Source: Antedon mediterranea (taxonomy: Eukaryota > Animalia > Echinodermata). From it: 64,000 nucleotides of DNA. A program made the translations under genes and the position numbers. Below, in pieces: positions 25,986 through 40,773 of this stretch. How positions within the stretch are numbered: position 1 is the first letter of the stretch; each line of letters begins with the position of its first letter. Under the pieces are notes generated by a model. It was not told the origin of the DNA. It saw nothing but the letters and a program-made list of their open reading frames with translations, and did not search any database. The stretch is taken from contig NC_092672.1 of assembly GCF_964355755.1 (NCBI RefSeq), forward strand, positions 15,066,001 to 15,130,000, given 5' to 3'.

Positions 25986-26519
25986 CATCTCAAAGATCTT
26001 TTTTCAAATTATTCCAAGGAACAAATCCAAATCCCAGTCATCAAGACAACACCCATCTCAAAGTTGTAAAATGATGTTCAGTACCTGGGTAGTACTCTCT
26101 CCAAAACAGCAGTTATTGATGATGCCGCCTATTGCATCCGATGTGCCTCAAACTCTTTTGTAAACTCAGACCTAGAGTCTTTGACTCTAGTGAGATATAT
26201 CGAAAAATAAAACATTATGTGAAACATTCAAAGAAAATGTCAGTATGCTACAGTAGAAATGCTTTGGTAAACAGAGGCATCACCAGGTTTTTTTGTTAGG
26301 GGATAGACATCTCAATTTAGAGTTGTGAGCCAAAATGTTTCCCTGCTGGTTAGTGGCCGAGCTTGTACACAGGTAATTTTAAGCAGTTTTAAATGACTGA
26401 TCACCGGCTTTTGATCATTTTCTCCTATCTTTAAACACTAGCAGGTCTGATAATTATCATAATAAATATCATTTTTGTTATTTGTGAAGTTATTAATAAA
26501 CAATTTTTTTAAATTTTCA

Positions 26520-26680
26520 ATAGGCATGGTCTGAAAGTATATACCTATCTACATCAACAAATTCAGAATGATAACTTAAAAACTGTAGGGGCTATACTAT
26601 ACTTGGCAAAATCTTGCCAAGTAAAACAGACAGACAAACAGACACACTATCGACTACATATACCTCCTTGGCGGAGGTAA
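26520..26680 (+). mobile_element. Helentron/DINE-1-like (HINE) 3' end
   Basis: A (CAGA)n microsatellite at about 26625-26645 followed by the terminal hairpin TACCTCC-TTGGC-GGAGGTA. Confidence 0.6.
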
Positions 26681-26907
26681 ATTAAAAATTACAACTCGTT
26701 TTCGTTACAAAATGAGCTTTCATTAATTAATTAAACAGTTATCAGGTAATTAGCAAAGAAGACATCTGATTGGACAAGTACACGAAAGGTCCTTATAATT
26801 CAACACAATCTTAATTGCGACGATACAGATGCAGTATTCTGGCATATAATCAAGAAATAGAAAATTGTCTTAATTGTCTTGTTAGTAAAACGCTTTACAT
26901 TATCTAA

Positions 26908-27868
26908 TAGACTTGCCCCAAGTCTGTATTGTTTTTTGTTTTTTTTATTTGTTTTTATTTCGACCGCGATTTTTGTCTGAAAATACAGACCTGTGAACGT
27001 ATAGAAATCGATTTGCAGACCGCAAACATCCGATAAGAATGACGTAGGTTATCATACCGTATTTGACTATATGGGGCGGGCGGTATGTAAATATGGATTT
27101 CGAATCAACCAATGATCATTTTGTTTCAAAATGAAAAAGATCGAGTATGTACAGTGCTGAATGTACGATCGATCGAGCCTGTTGAAATATGAAATCGTGT
27201 TGCCAAGTTGTTTTGTTTATTAATTGTTTAGTCCTTAGCCTAGGCCTCCTTCGTAAGTCCTACTCAACTCGCACGTATGACCTGCCAAATAAAACGCCAA
27301 TAAGGTAGGCCTACATACCACCATCGGCACACAACAGGATTCACACACAACAGACAGGACTACACCACTACACAGGACAGGGTCTGGGTGGGAATTAAAT
27401 CGAATTATCTCCGCCTAATATTAAATGATCCATTCAATGTTTGATTTGCAGAGAAGCAAGACGAGTTTTCATGTTCTTGGGAAAAATCCCATCAAATGTT
27501 TACCAGACTACTACTAGGCATATAAAATCATTTCAAGCCTTCAGAAACTTTCATCAATGTACCCAAGTAGTACACATTGTCTAAACGTAACATAGCGCAT
27601 GCATACCATACCAGTTTTTGAGTCTTTAAAATTCTGAAATATGAATATTAAAACGGTGTACGAGTGAGTAGCCAATCGCATGCAGCTGAAACTAGTCAAC
27701 CGGATAATCTATGCACCAAGAATTCTTGGTGTCAAACCACGTGACTTTTGCGTGTTTCCCCAGACGGAGTATCCAAACTAAAGTAATACACGTATGAAAC
27801 GCCATATGTGCAAAAATATTGATATTTTTACGAATATTAAGAAAAAACTCCGTCTGGAGACCAGACTA
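26908..27868 (+). mobile_element. Non-autonomous DNA transposon with TAG...CTA ends and 9-bp TSD (AcademH-like), copy 1
   Basis: ATTATCTAA|TAGACTTGCCCCAAG ... GGAGACCAGACTA|AGTATCTAA (8/9 TSD match); highly similar to 42778-43709. Confidence 0.82.
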
Positions 27869-30800
27869 AGTATCTAATAATGCTGTATGGCACAAGGGTG
27901 CACTAATAAAGGTTATACAAAGGGGATACATTTTTATTCTTTGCCACTACAAAATAAGGAAATTCTACGGAACTGGCATGTGATGGGGTTTTTTTCGCTA
28001 GATTTTAAGCGGTGAAAATACATTCTAATTTGTTCAATCATAGAGTGATGTAGGCCATTCTTTTTTTAAGAACATTTTACAGAAATATTTTTCTCATATA
28101 ATTTTTTAATGAAAATGGTGCCAAATGAGAAGCTGACATACACCTTGTTGATGTAGGCCTACTGTGTTTAGGATGTTTTCATGAAATAGTAAATTAATGA
28201 AAATTGTTATTACTATATAATACTAATAATTAGCTGTAAAATCATCTAACTTTCAACACACCGCGACTTTTTCAGTGCAACATGCACACTCGATGTTGCT
28301 TGGCATTAGGAGCAGTTTCCGCATTTGCACCATTCATTATCTCCTGTCTTATCCAAAAATCAAATTCATTATCAATAAGCTACTATCATCGTCACTCTTA
28401 TCCTCTTAATCACTTAGAAATGTTCGTTCAGGCTCAAATAAGAACTCTACTTGTGGCATATAAACATTACTGTTGACCTTTGATTACGTCACATGTTGTA
28501 GCAGCCTCTATCAGTCAAATTTTTAATTTCTTTGTTAATTAGTGAAAATAAAATTAAAATGTGGTTGCATAACGATAGTCAATATGTCCAACATGATAAA
28601 AGTACATATTCAGATTAGGTTCATTTTCTATTTATAGTAGAATCTACAAATGACCAAACTGATTTTTATTTTTTACTTTTTTATATTTTATCTTATTTAG
28701 GGAGAATTTAATTGATTATAATATGTACATGTTACTTTATTACACCCAAAAAATAAACCACTCCCTTAAATAAATGCGACCAAACTAAATGACTATGACC
28801 TAAATGAAATATAATTTGTGGCAGGGTTGCATATGACTGTTCCTGAGTTTTTGTGTGAACATTATCAAGTCTACAGTAGGCCTAAGCCTAGTAATAGGCT
28901 CATATGAGTGAAGTAAGTGCCAATAAAATGCCAACAAAGGCACATACAAACCAGTCACTAGCAGGCTATTAATTCAAATTATTTTTTGTTTGTTGTTTGC
29001 AGAGAATCAGTCGTAAAGAGTTTTTATTTTCCTTTGTGAAATCCCATCAAATGGTAACCAGACTACCTAGGCCTAGAACAACATTCCACAAACTTTTTAT
29101 TTTGCGGCCTAAAATTCTCAGGATCAAGCACCCAGTTAGATCAACGAAATAATGCTAATATAAAAAGACAATTTTAGTACAATAAGACGTACCTCTAGGT
29201 CCCTGAAAATTACTATTTTTTTAAAGGTTAAAAATTGTGCTGCTCCACCGGCCATAAAAGAAAAATTTCAGCCCAAGATTTTATCTTTATAACGCACACA
29301 CGTGTGTTGCTTCACAGTTCACCCATCCATGATTTTACATTACATCTACAATCACTAGTAATGCATACTTTCGAAACAATGGTTTTGGCAAGATCAAACT
29401 AACTAAACCATTCATCATCTCGACATTTTTCACACCAGATTCTGCATTTATATTTTGGGTAGGGTGTAATGCCACTTTTTAGCGTGATCTGCTAATTAGG
29501 TAGGTAAACATTTATTAAAAGGCATTTTAAATAAATAAATGATGCTACAAGTACTGTAATTACAATAAAAGGTTTTATTAACAGCTCCAGTAGTATCATT
29601 GAACTAAAACAGCAAAATTTAAATTGACCAATCTTATACCTGCATTTGATCAATACATAAATGATGCTATCTTTTTATCTATTTTCTGGAAATAAAAACC
29701 TACATTAGGTCTCATCAACAGTGATGCAGTAAACAGTAAATGTGTAATAATTTTATAGTGTAGTTCATTTCTTGTTTTTAAACAAAAAGGCTTGACCATT
29801 TTTTCACGTACATTTACGGAAGACTTGTATAGCGCTTTGTATCGATAATATGGCTACAACTGTTACATATAAACTGCAGTATAACATCTACCAAGTTTTG
29901 AATCACAGATCTGTTTGAAGTTTTATTATAGACAACTCTAAACATTTAGACTACAGCAGCATTAATCCCTTTAAAGCATATCTGTTGTATTTTTATTTGC
30001 AATTCTATATCAATTTGTATTACATTAAGAATAGCATTCACACATTGTCTGTGCCTATTTCTATTTTTTGTTGTCTAATGTGGAAACATTTGAAATAATG
30101 TATTTGCATGCGTTTGCTCACCTACTGTAAATATACAGGTATATTTCAGAATGTAAAACGGAATTAAGAAAGCCTATAGATGTGTGTCTACTAGGCATAT
30201 CATTACTATAAAAAAATCTATTCAGGTTTTTTGTAAATTTGCACATGTTTTTGCACTTACAAGTACTTCTAATCTTAATTAATTATCTAATACATACAGC
30301 TGATATTGCAGCATGTATATTGACAGGAAATAGGCTAGCTTGTTTAGTACTATGCAGCTTGCTTTTCAGTATTGTTTACTTTTATTAAACTTTGCTGCTT
30401 AACCAATTATTAAATCTTTCTATATGTTTATTTACAAATTGCCAAGAAGAAAATTAAAATAAAATTTCAATATATTTTTTTTTATCTGATATACATTTCT
30501 TTACTTTCAGAGACAGATTCCTTCAAATTATTGTTTTGGCAAGATCATGATTATATTAACTAATACCATATACAGTTTTGTGAAAACACAATTTTAATTG
30601 GTCCATCACTGTTTATTACAATTTAAATGTAATTTTACATATATTTGTGTTCTGAAATGTTTGCTGATTCCTAAGTACCAACATATATAAATCACATTAA
30701 TTTCTTATAACATTGCCTTCATATTATAAGCTTGGAATAATAATAAAATATCTACATATATATTACAATTGTTTTCTACTTAAAAAAACATTAGATTGAA

Positions 30801-31621
30801 GCATGTACCATGGATTTTTGCATAGCAAAGTCCATTTACAGATAATCACCATAAACCATATGAAAAACACTTTTTTCTTGTTTTTCTTTCTGTGTAAGAA
30901 TATTGACATTTTATTTTTAACAGCAGATAACATTATTTATAAATAACATATAGCATTTTTTTTACAGCGGTAACAATTTACTTTATTAATAACATTCTAG
31001 CAGAAGTTGATAATGTTTAATTGTTCATCTTAAATTAAAACATTACAACTTTACTTAAGACAATCTAAAAAAAAGACACAAGTTCTTTAGTATTCAGTTT
31101 CAACGCCCTCAGTTATTTAAATTAAACTTGGGAAGATTTTGACAATTATATGAAAAATAAGAATATAAATCCTATTTTGTCACAATGGCAGTGAAATTAC
31201 TTATTGGTTATTACTTAATTGTAATTTGTCTTCAACTTTTGTATGCCATCCCGCTATAACCAAGGCACTGGTTAACAATTCAAAGTTTTATTAGGAAAAC
31301 AGGCAATGAATCTGAATTTCTATAAAACTCTATAAAATTATACTACATGTGTATAATACAACTCTGCTTTTCAGTGAAATTAACACATTTCTGTAGTACT
31401 ATGTGGTTTTTATATTGATACAAAAACATCATGTAAATCCACAGTCTCTGGAGACAATTGACAATAGTTTATGTGGACATAAATAATATAACATAAATCC
31501 ACACTACCCATACTGCTGAACTCTGTGGTTGTACCTGACTGCCCATTCTCATGGCAGTAAACCCCATAATTTATTTCTGTAGGCCTACTTTGTAGTTATA
31601 TTTCAAAACACAAATAACACG

Positions 31622-32180
31622 CTATAGCCCTCTGTGGTTATATCTGATAAACACCATATAAATCCACACAGTCTATAGCACTCTGTGGTTATATCTGATA
31701 AACACCATATAAATCAACACAGTCTATAGCACTTTGTGGTTATATCTGATAAACACCATATCAATCCATACAGTCTATAGCACTCGGCTGTTATATCTGA
31801 TAAACAACATATAAATCCCCTTCCCCACAGTCTATAGCACTCTGTGGTTATATCTGATAAACACCATATAAATCCACACAGTCTGTGGCAGTCTGTGGCA
31901 TTCTGTGGTTATATCTGATAAACACCATATAAATCCACACAGTCTATAGCACTCTGTGGTTATATCTGATAAACACCATATAAATCAACACAGTCTATAG
32001 CACTCTGTGGTTATATCTGATAAACACCATATCAATCCATACAGTCTATAGCACTCGGCTGTTATATCTGATAAACAACATATAAATCCCCTTCCCCACA
32101 GTCTATAGCACTCTGTGGTTATATCTGATAAACACCATATAAATCCACACAGTCTGTGGCATTCTGTGGTTATATCTGAT
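31622..32180. repeat. 51-bp minisatellite, about 11 units, with a 271-bp higher-order repeat
   Basis: Unit GTCTATAGCACTCTGTGGTTATATCTGATAAACACCATATAAATCCACACA; variant units recur at +271. Confidence 0.93.
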
Positions 32181-33676
32181 GACAACATTTAAATATAAAC
32201 AACATATAACATACTTTTCATAGCAATGTGAAATCATTGATGGAGATAAAGAGAGTGCTGCTATCATTTTAATGGGTATTAATATATTATAATGATATAT
32301 TAATTGTATTATTAAAAATGTAGAGAATATATAACAAAATAGAGAATATTGTTGCTGCATTTAAACAAAAATGGCAGTGTTGTCCAATCAAAAGGATTTT
32401 AAGGATAATTTTATGTTTTTTCTCTTTATTTGTTATTTTGCTATCCAAATGCATTCATAACATACTGCTGAGGTTCAACCAACCAAGTGAACAAAAGACT
32501 GAATATGAGAGCATACAAATATTTGACAACTGGGGATAGTTGAGTTTTTTACAATAATACTGTAGTCATCAATGATGACTATATTTATTCTCCTTGTATT
32601 ATTTTGTAATTTTTTAATGCATAAAACACTTGCCATTTCTTGTCCAGTGTCAACAGTTTGTCTAATACATTTTTTTGTTGAATCTTATTTTTTTATTTTG
32701 TTTTTTAGTTTTTTTGTGTGCCTGGCAGTGATTTTATACAAACTTTAGTAGATAATAATTGTTATACAAATATTTACAAGTATACATGTTTACATTGGTA
32801 ATATATGAAATTATCTTATATATTTCATTTATGATAAAAATGCTACATTGTTACATATTAAAATTGATTTTTGTAATAAATAGAACAATTATTTGACATA
32901 ATAATATTCAGAGAAAAATATTTGATAAAAAAATTTAATCTTGAAAACATATATTTATACATCTTCGAACCAACACCACCATCATAGCCTACCACATTAA
33001 CATTTTCACAAACATTCAGGATTTATAATTTAATGGCACAATTACATTTTAATTTCTCTTAAGTACATTTTGAAAGTGGATGTTATTTAATGACATTAGT
33101 TCAATTTGCTGTATTTTACCTCATATTTCAGGACAAAACTAATTTGATAACACAGAATTTTGGGAGCTTCTACAGATTACAAAAGAAGACTAAATGGGTC
33201 CGATTTTGTGGGCATGCAGAACGACATTTTTATTTGTAGTCGTATTCATTATAAATAATCACAAAAACATTTCATACTTTAAAAAGTCCAAACACAAACA
33301 TTTGTGGGACTTCTGTTCTACTGCAGGTGTTCAACTAGCAAACTCTATGCAATCTATGCAATCTGTCTTGGAATTCAGGTTTAATGCAAATTAAATGAAG
33401 TATGCTTGTTCTGTTTGTAGGCCTATGCGTTTGTATTTCTTTATACACAAGTAGTAATAACAATCAGTATATGCAATAATGTTTATTAGATGTTGATGGA
33501 TAAAGGATACATACTTTTGTTTGTTCATATTTGTCATTATTTTCAGTGGTGAATCCAGGATTTTGAAAGAAGGGGCGCAGGGCCTAAAAAACTGTTCTTT
33601 GTATTAAATTTTTACACATTTTGGATGGACTGTGGTTCTACCTATAAAGATGAAAAAATTATAAATATAATGCATA

Positions 33677-35391
33677 CCGTAAATCTTCTAATAGTAACCC
33701 ACACTCTAATAGTAACCCACACTCTAATAGTAACCCACACTCTAATAGTAACCCCCACTCTAATAGTAACCCCCACTCTAATAGTAACCCACACTCTAAT
33801 AGTAACCCACACTCTAATAGTAACCCACACTCTAATAGTAACCCACACTCTAATAGTAACCCACACTCTAATAGTAACCCACACTCTAATAGTAACCCAC
33901 ACTCTAATAGTAACCCACACTCTAATAGTAACCCACACTCTAATAGTAACCCACACTCTAATAGTAACCCACACTCTAATAGTAACCCACACTCTAATAG
34001 TAACCCACACTCTAATAGTAACCCACACTCTAATAGTAACCCCCCTTCTAATAGTAACCCACACTCTAATAGTAACCCACACTCTAATAGTAACCCACAC
34101 TCTAATAGTAACCCACACTCTAATAGTAACCCACACTCTAATAGTAACCCACACTCTAATAGTAACCCACACTCTAATAGTAACCCACACTCTAATAGTA
34201 ACCCACACTCTAATAGTAACCCACACTCTAATAGTAACCCACACTCTAATAGTAACCCCCCTTCTAATAGTAACCCACACTCTAATAGTAACCCACACTC
34301 TAATAGTAACCCACACTCTAATAGTAACCCACACTCTAATAGTAACCCACACTCTAATAGTAACCCACACTCTAATAGTAACCCACACTCTAATAGTAAC
34401 CCACACTCTAATAGTAACCCACACTCTAATAGTAACACACACTCTAATAGTAACACACACTCTAATAGTAACACACACTCTAATAGTAACCCCCACTCTA
34501 ATAGTAACCCCCACTCTAATAGTAACCCACACTCTAATAGTAACCCACACTCTAATAGTAACCCACACTCTAATAGTAACCCACACTCTAATAGTAACCC
34601 ACACTCTAATAGTAACCCACACTCTAATAGTAACCCACACTCTAATAGTAACCCACACTCTAATAGTAACCCACACTCTAATAGTAACCCACACTCTAAT
34701 AGTAACCAACACTCTAATAGTAACCAACACTCTAATAGTAACCCACACTCTAATAGTAACCCACACTCTAATAGTAATCCCCCTTCTAATAGTAACCCCC
34801 CTTCTAATAGTAACCCACACTCTAATAGTAACCCCCCTTCTAATAGTAACCCCCCTTCTAATAGTAACCCACCTTCTAATAGTAACCCACCTTCTAATAG
34901 TAACCCACACTCTAATAGTAATCCCCCTTCTAATAGTAACCCCCCTTCTAATAGTAACCCACACTCTAATAGTAAGCCCCCTTCTAATAGTAACCCCCCT
35001 TCTAATAGTAACCCCCCTTCTAATAGTAACCCACCTTATAACTCAATCTATAATAATAACCCACTCGCAAAAACTTTTTATTATGAAGACTGGTCGTTTA
35101 TGATGCAGTCATATTTTGAAAATAAGGAGATAATGCATGTTGATCTCGAGAGTGGGGGAGGATTTAGTGTTTTTAAGTTTATAAAATAAAGTTAGAGTTC
35201 AACCAAATTTGTTTATGCTTACTGTTTTATTATTTTGCTATTAGTTGCTGACTGGAACAGTTGGGGGTGGGTTACTATTTTCAGGTGCCTAATTTAAGAT
35301 TAATAATAATAACCCACTACTTCTAATAGTAACCCACTATAAAAAACAATCAAAGAATAATAACCCAGGGTTACAATTAGAAGATTTACGG
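33677..35391. mobile_element. pogo/Tigger-like MITE containing an amplified terminal minisatellite
   Basis: TA|CCGTAAATCTTCTAATAGTAACCC ... GGGTTACAATTAGAAGATTTACGG|TA. Confidence 0.85.
33686..35040. repeat. 18-bp minisatellite (ACTCTAATAGTAACCCAC), about 75 copies
   Basis: Read directly from the sequence; it generates the spurious LIVTHT-repeat ORFs. Confidence 0.97.
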
Positions 35392-38219
35392 TAAACAAGA
35401 ATGTATTGATACATTTAACATTAGTAATTAATTGTCATAATTGTCAGCAGACTTACTACTGTAGTTTGATTTGGTTTCAACTTTAAAGTTCAGTTTATTT
35501 ATTTGAATTTGGTTTAATTCTATTCTGTTCAATTTGAAATATCAAATGCATTTTTACTGATAAAACTTCAAATAATTATGTTTACCGCTTCAGTATTAGT
35601 TGGTCTTTTCTTCTGTCAAATTCTAATTAAATGACTAGGCCTACATTTTAAGCTCTTTTTGGGCAAGAAAAATAACTAATAATAACGACCATATTACTAT
35701 TCCACGCATTTGTAATAGATTTTGGTCTACCTTTATCTAGGGCTGAACAGTACTATCATTCGATTGTATTTCGGAACATGATTCTTATAAAACAAAATGA
35801 CTGTTTATTTAGGCTAAATTATGCTAGAATGACTTTTCATGGATTTATTTACACTCGAGACCCCTGAACTTGTTTCATATATTATATAAATTTATCTAAA
35901 TTTGAATGTTCTCATGAAAATAAATAATGAAATATTTGTGAAACATTGACAAATAAATACTAGGATGTAGTAAGTTACATATCATTTGTAATGCATACAT
36001 AATATAGCTATTTCATATAATAATGTATCTTACATTGTGTCACCACAACAGAATTGCTTTTTATTGAATGAATTGATGTACGTACATAGCAAATGGATAA
36101 AAAAAAAAAAAGCAGATTTATTCTCCATTGGCAAACACAAATTGACTGTGGTTATGTTGTGAATACATCTCAATGCATTTTTTTTTCAATTGTATCATTG
36201 TTTATGAACATTATGATTTACATATGAAGAACCTTTGTTATTTTTCCTCTTGTTATTATGCGTATGTGGCTTGATTAAATGTAACTTTGATGCGTAAATG
36301 GTTTTATAAATTATTGAAATTAACAAAAATTGAATTTCTTTAGTACCTACTGTAAATCTTTTAAGTTAAAACCTACAGTAGGAATATTATTTCTATTATT
36401 TAGATTTTTTACCATGATAATTGTTCACTTTTTAAAAAAAACTGAAAGAAAATTAAATCATTATATTGGTAATTAGGTAATAATTACCACAAATGAATAG
36501 ATTTGAATATATTTATTAGATGTTACTGTAATTGAAGAAAGATTCTAAGTTATAATATAATATTAGTATACTGACACTATAATACATATTTGAAGAATAA
36601 AATATAATAAACATCCAAGCTATTATTAATGAATGTAATATGAACAACAAATAATGTACATGCACAGTAAAATAATAAACTGAACAAAAGTATCTACAGT
36701 AGATATAGATTTCAATGTTCAAAATATCACATAAAATTTCTATAAACAACAATCGCATCAGAATAAAGTATTAGTTTGTATACTTACATACTTATTGTAT
36801 ACTGTTTTTATTATTTGACGCTGTTGGTCTTTATTTTACTCATCACTGTTGATTGACTTTACCTAATTATCATACAAAGAAGGAAGAAATTTTCAATTTG
36901 ACCTTTGACCTATGTACATTTACTTTTTATTTATATAACGATTCCAGTACCTCATTTGAATGAAGTATTATATATTTGTTTGTGAACAAATTTTAATATT
37001 TAGGCAATACACTTATTAGGGTGCGGTTCTGTATAATTATCTTTTTATCCTTAGTTTTCCTTGTTTAGTCAATAGAAATTAAATTTTTGGCTCAAATGTC
37101 AATCAAATCAAATTTTATATGAATTACTGAAATTCTTGTTAAGCCTGCATGAATAATCAAGATTTAACTCATGTTCATTAAAATATATTTGAATAAACAG
37201 TCATTTTTTATGAGAATTGCTATTCTATGAATTTGATAATTTTTGCTCTCAGGAAATTGCAGAAAATTGAATTGCATGATCATTATCTTGCACCCCATTA
37301 GCAGTTCTTTTACGCCCTTAATCTTTAATTACTCCATATGCAGGGTTGTCCACTTCATTTACAACTTGTATAAATATTGCATCTTAGTGGTTGCTATGTT
37401 TTTAACAAGAAAGAAAAATAGATAAAGGGCAATAATGTAAAGATTCAAAATTTGTCTCACTCTTTCTTCATCTAATACACATTTTTTAGGTTTTTTATTT
37501 CTTCATAATGTCTAATTTGAGCTTTCTGCTGGCTTGGAATTTAGCAATTGTGACATCTCTGGCCAAAACGTCCCTGATTCATTATATCCCCACAGCTTTC
37601 CTTGCTCAGTTTTCTCGCTGTGGCCCAGGATCAATGATGGGTAATAACAAAGTGAAAGGCATGCGAGACATACGAGGAATGTCAAAAATGTATGCGAGGC
37701 ATCATTTACGATCAACAAAAAATGTGAGGCATCAATGGTGCGAAACAAGAAGTCAACGAAAATTATATAGTCTAGCTGGACTACTACGAAAATCGTACCA
37801 AGTCTACTATAAACAGGAATATATTGTATGATTACATCAATTATTATATTATCAAAATTGCGATTAAATTATTTTCTACATTGCTAAAGTGTGATTTTAT
37901 GCCTGGTCATGTCGATTGTAGGACGATCGGGTGTCCAGACCATTGGTAATCGCAACATATTCCGAAATGGCATTCTTTTTTACAGAAGCTCCAGAATTTT
38001 ATTAGCCAATCGTAAAATAACACGTTGTTATAAATATGTCTGTTGCATCCAGTAGATACAACCATAGCAACTAGGAAACTGCCAGTAATACAGAACTGAA
38101 CCTATCAAACTTTAAAATTATCCATGAATTAAATATAAGTAACGAAAAGAAAAAAAGCAATAATCAATATAAAACTAATCGTCACAGGTGAGGAGATAAG
38201 CAAAGGAAAAGGCAAGTCA

Positions 38220-39850
38220 ATGCAATTCTATATCTGAATATTGTTTTCAATAATGTTAATAGGATAAGACCTAAATTATAATATGATATTGAAAGACTAC
38301 TATATGATAACAAAATTGATATGCTTGGAGTTTCAGAAACCTTTTTAAAGAATGAATGAACCAGTAGTAAATATCATTGGTAAAAAGTAGAACAGAAAAT
38401 GGGGGCAGTGGATTGGAATTTTTATCTCAGAAAAAATTCAGTTAATAATCTAATAACTATCTTAACTCAATGGTTGATAATTATAAAAGGTTATGGATTA
38501 AAATCAGTATAAATAATGAGAAACATCTATATGTAGCTGTATTTTAATAGAAGGCGTCAATCCAAACTTAACAAATGAATTGTATAATCAGTTACTATCG
38601 AAAATAATAAGAATAGAGAACAACAAGGATAATCCATGTAAATTACTTATGGGTGATTTTAATGCTAGAATTGGCAATATAATTCCTAATGGGGACAACA
38701 CTATTAACTCAAAATGGGGAAAGACATTTAGATTTTCAAAATAATGCAAATTTAACTAATATAATTTGCACAATTTTCTATGAAGAAAAAATAGCTTGGT
38801 CTAGAGCAAACCAACAGAGTAAAATAGATTATTTTCTCTGCTCTAAATCTACTGTTAACCAAATTAAATCACTCTTCATTGATGAAGAAAGATAATTTGG
38901 TTTAGGAAGTGACCATAATGTTTTATGGTTGTCTCTTTAAATATGAATAAGCAAAATGTAAATAAGCATAAATTAAATATAGGACATTAAACATAATCAA
39001 GGTTATACTGCCTACCAGGAAATTCTACAAGAGAAATTTATAAATTGGAGTACAAATAATTTCAATAATGTTGATTTAATGTAGAGCACATGGAAGTCTA
39101 TTGTGATTCGTGCATGCCACTGATGGTATTGGAGGGTATGAGTTAAAACCATAAAGCAAAAACAAAAACCCTGTTTTATTAAAGAGGCATCGTGTCACCA
39201 CAGGCATTGGGTTAAAAACTGAATACGGCAATAATGATTTACAAGTAGGACATATTAACAATAACTATAATAATAGATAGAATGATTCTAAAGACATATC
39301 TGACGTCGGTACTAACATAAATAATGTTGGCAACAATGGCAATAATATTGGTCATGTCCTTTGGCGGTCTTACCGGGAAAATTGCAATAATGGTCGAAGA
39401 TTTATTAAAGAAAGTATATCACAACAGCATGTACAAAAATATGTTGACATTGCAAACAAATGGGTATTAACAAAAAGAAAAAGAAATTTATTGCATTAAA
39501 ATACCAGGTTCTGATGGGTGTATAACAGATAAAGATGAGATTAATTTTAAATTTTAAATATCTTTCTTACAAATAATTATGTTAAAGAAATTAGAAATGA
39601 TTTCTCAAAAGAACAATCTTATCTTGAAGGTATTGAACAAAACTATTTATATGATATTGTGATTGATTTTGATATTGTGGAAGAGGCAATTAATTTGGCC
39701 AAAAAAAATAAAGCCCCTGCTTTGGATGGAATTACTAATGAATTATTTAAAAACGAGGGTCATACCATTATTTTATATTTACTTGCTCTGTTTGATAAAT
39801 GCATCCAACTTAAATAAATACCTGAAGAATGGAACAAAAGTAGGATACCA
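38220..39850 (+). mobile_element. Decayed LINE ORF2 (APE endonuclease to start of RT)
   Basis: Motifs LGVSETFL, LLMGDFNARIG, SKIDYFL, GSDHN, KAPALDGITNELFK and IPEEWNK spread across shifting frames. Confidence 0.85.
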
Positions 39851-40032
39851 ATATACTTTGGAGAACACTTGCCATTCCTTCAGTCATATACAGATATAAG
39901 ACAGCTTAAAAACAATAATTGTTTATCTATACACAAAAAAAAACATGTTATGTTTTAGGGTCATCAACGATTTTGTAAACTTGCACTAAGAGGGCTTGGA
40001 AAACACAATGGGAATTACACATTTTCAATCCA

Positions 40033-40773
40033 TCTATCTATAATATAATAGTACTAAGCCAAAATTTGTTCCTCTATCTTCTCCTAAGCTGCAAGTCAGA
40101 TACTCGCACCAGTCGAGCTGGGCCACCTATTAATTCCCCTTTCTCAATTAGTCTATATTAGAATTGCAAATTTGTTCAAAAAAATGTGTTGTTTAGACCA
40201 ATTTATTTGCAACTGCCGAACTCCGAGTTCCGTAATTCTCGGCCATTTTCCTACATCACAATTAGGTCACTCAGATAATTAGTAATATCGAGATGTGACA
40301 GCAGAACATGTGATCAGCGCAGCTGCAGTTATAATAGTATACCAGAAGTGCTGCCGTGCGCCATTTGAAATGAAACGGGCGGTAAGTACAAAACTGTATT
40401 CTTGATCATGTTTCTCGCTCCTGCTGCCAAACATTGAGCACCCTTTTACAATTTTTGCAAACACCAAATGCAGTGATAACACTAGGCTAGGTTTATGTTT
40501 CTTAGTAAATTACTATTTCTAAGCTGCTATAGGCAATAGCTGAATGCGGGATGGTTTGGGACAGGTGTGACAGGCAGATTTGGCCAACTTTTAGGCTGAT
40601 ATACTGTCTGACTAAGAGAGGCTTCTAATTACATTATGATGATGCCCATCCATTGGACGGGTACCTGCTAGTATGATGCCCATCCATTGGACGGGTACCT
40701 GCTAGTATAATGCCCATCCATTGGACGGGTACCTGCTAGTATAATGCCCATCCATTGGACGGGTACCTGCTAG
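40033..40773 (+). mobile_element. Non-autonomous Helitron with four tandem copies of its 3' terminus
   Basis: 5' end A|TCTATCTATAATATAATA. The 3' 34-bp unit ATGCCCATCCATTGGACGGGTACCTGCTAGTAT(G/A) (hairpin plus CTAG|T) ends at 40671, 40705, 40739 and 40773. Confidence 0.85.

Noticed and set aside
31622-32180. CRISPR-like appearance of the 51-bp array (also the arrays at 40640, 16520-17690 and 61915)
   Set aside because: Units are contiguous without unique spacers, no cas genes are present, and the context is eukaryotic.
33625-35103. 492-aa, 440-aa and 271-aa repetitive ORFs (LIVTHT, VTIRVW, LLLECG repeats)
   Set aside because: They are stop-free frames of an 18-bp minisatellite inside a MITE, open on both strands, with no domain content.
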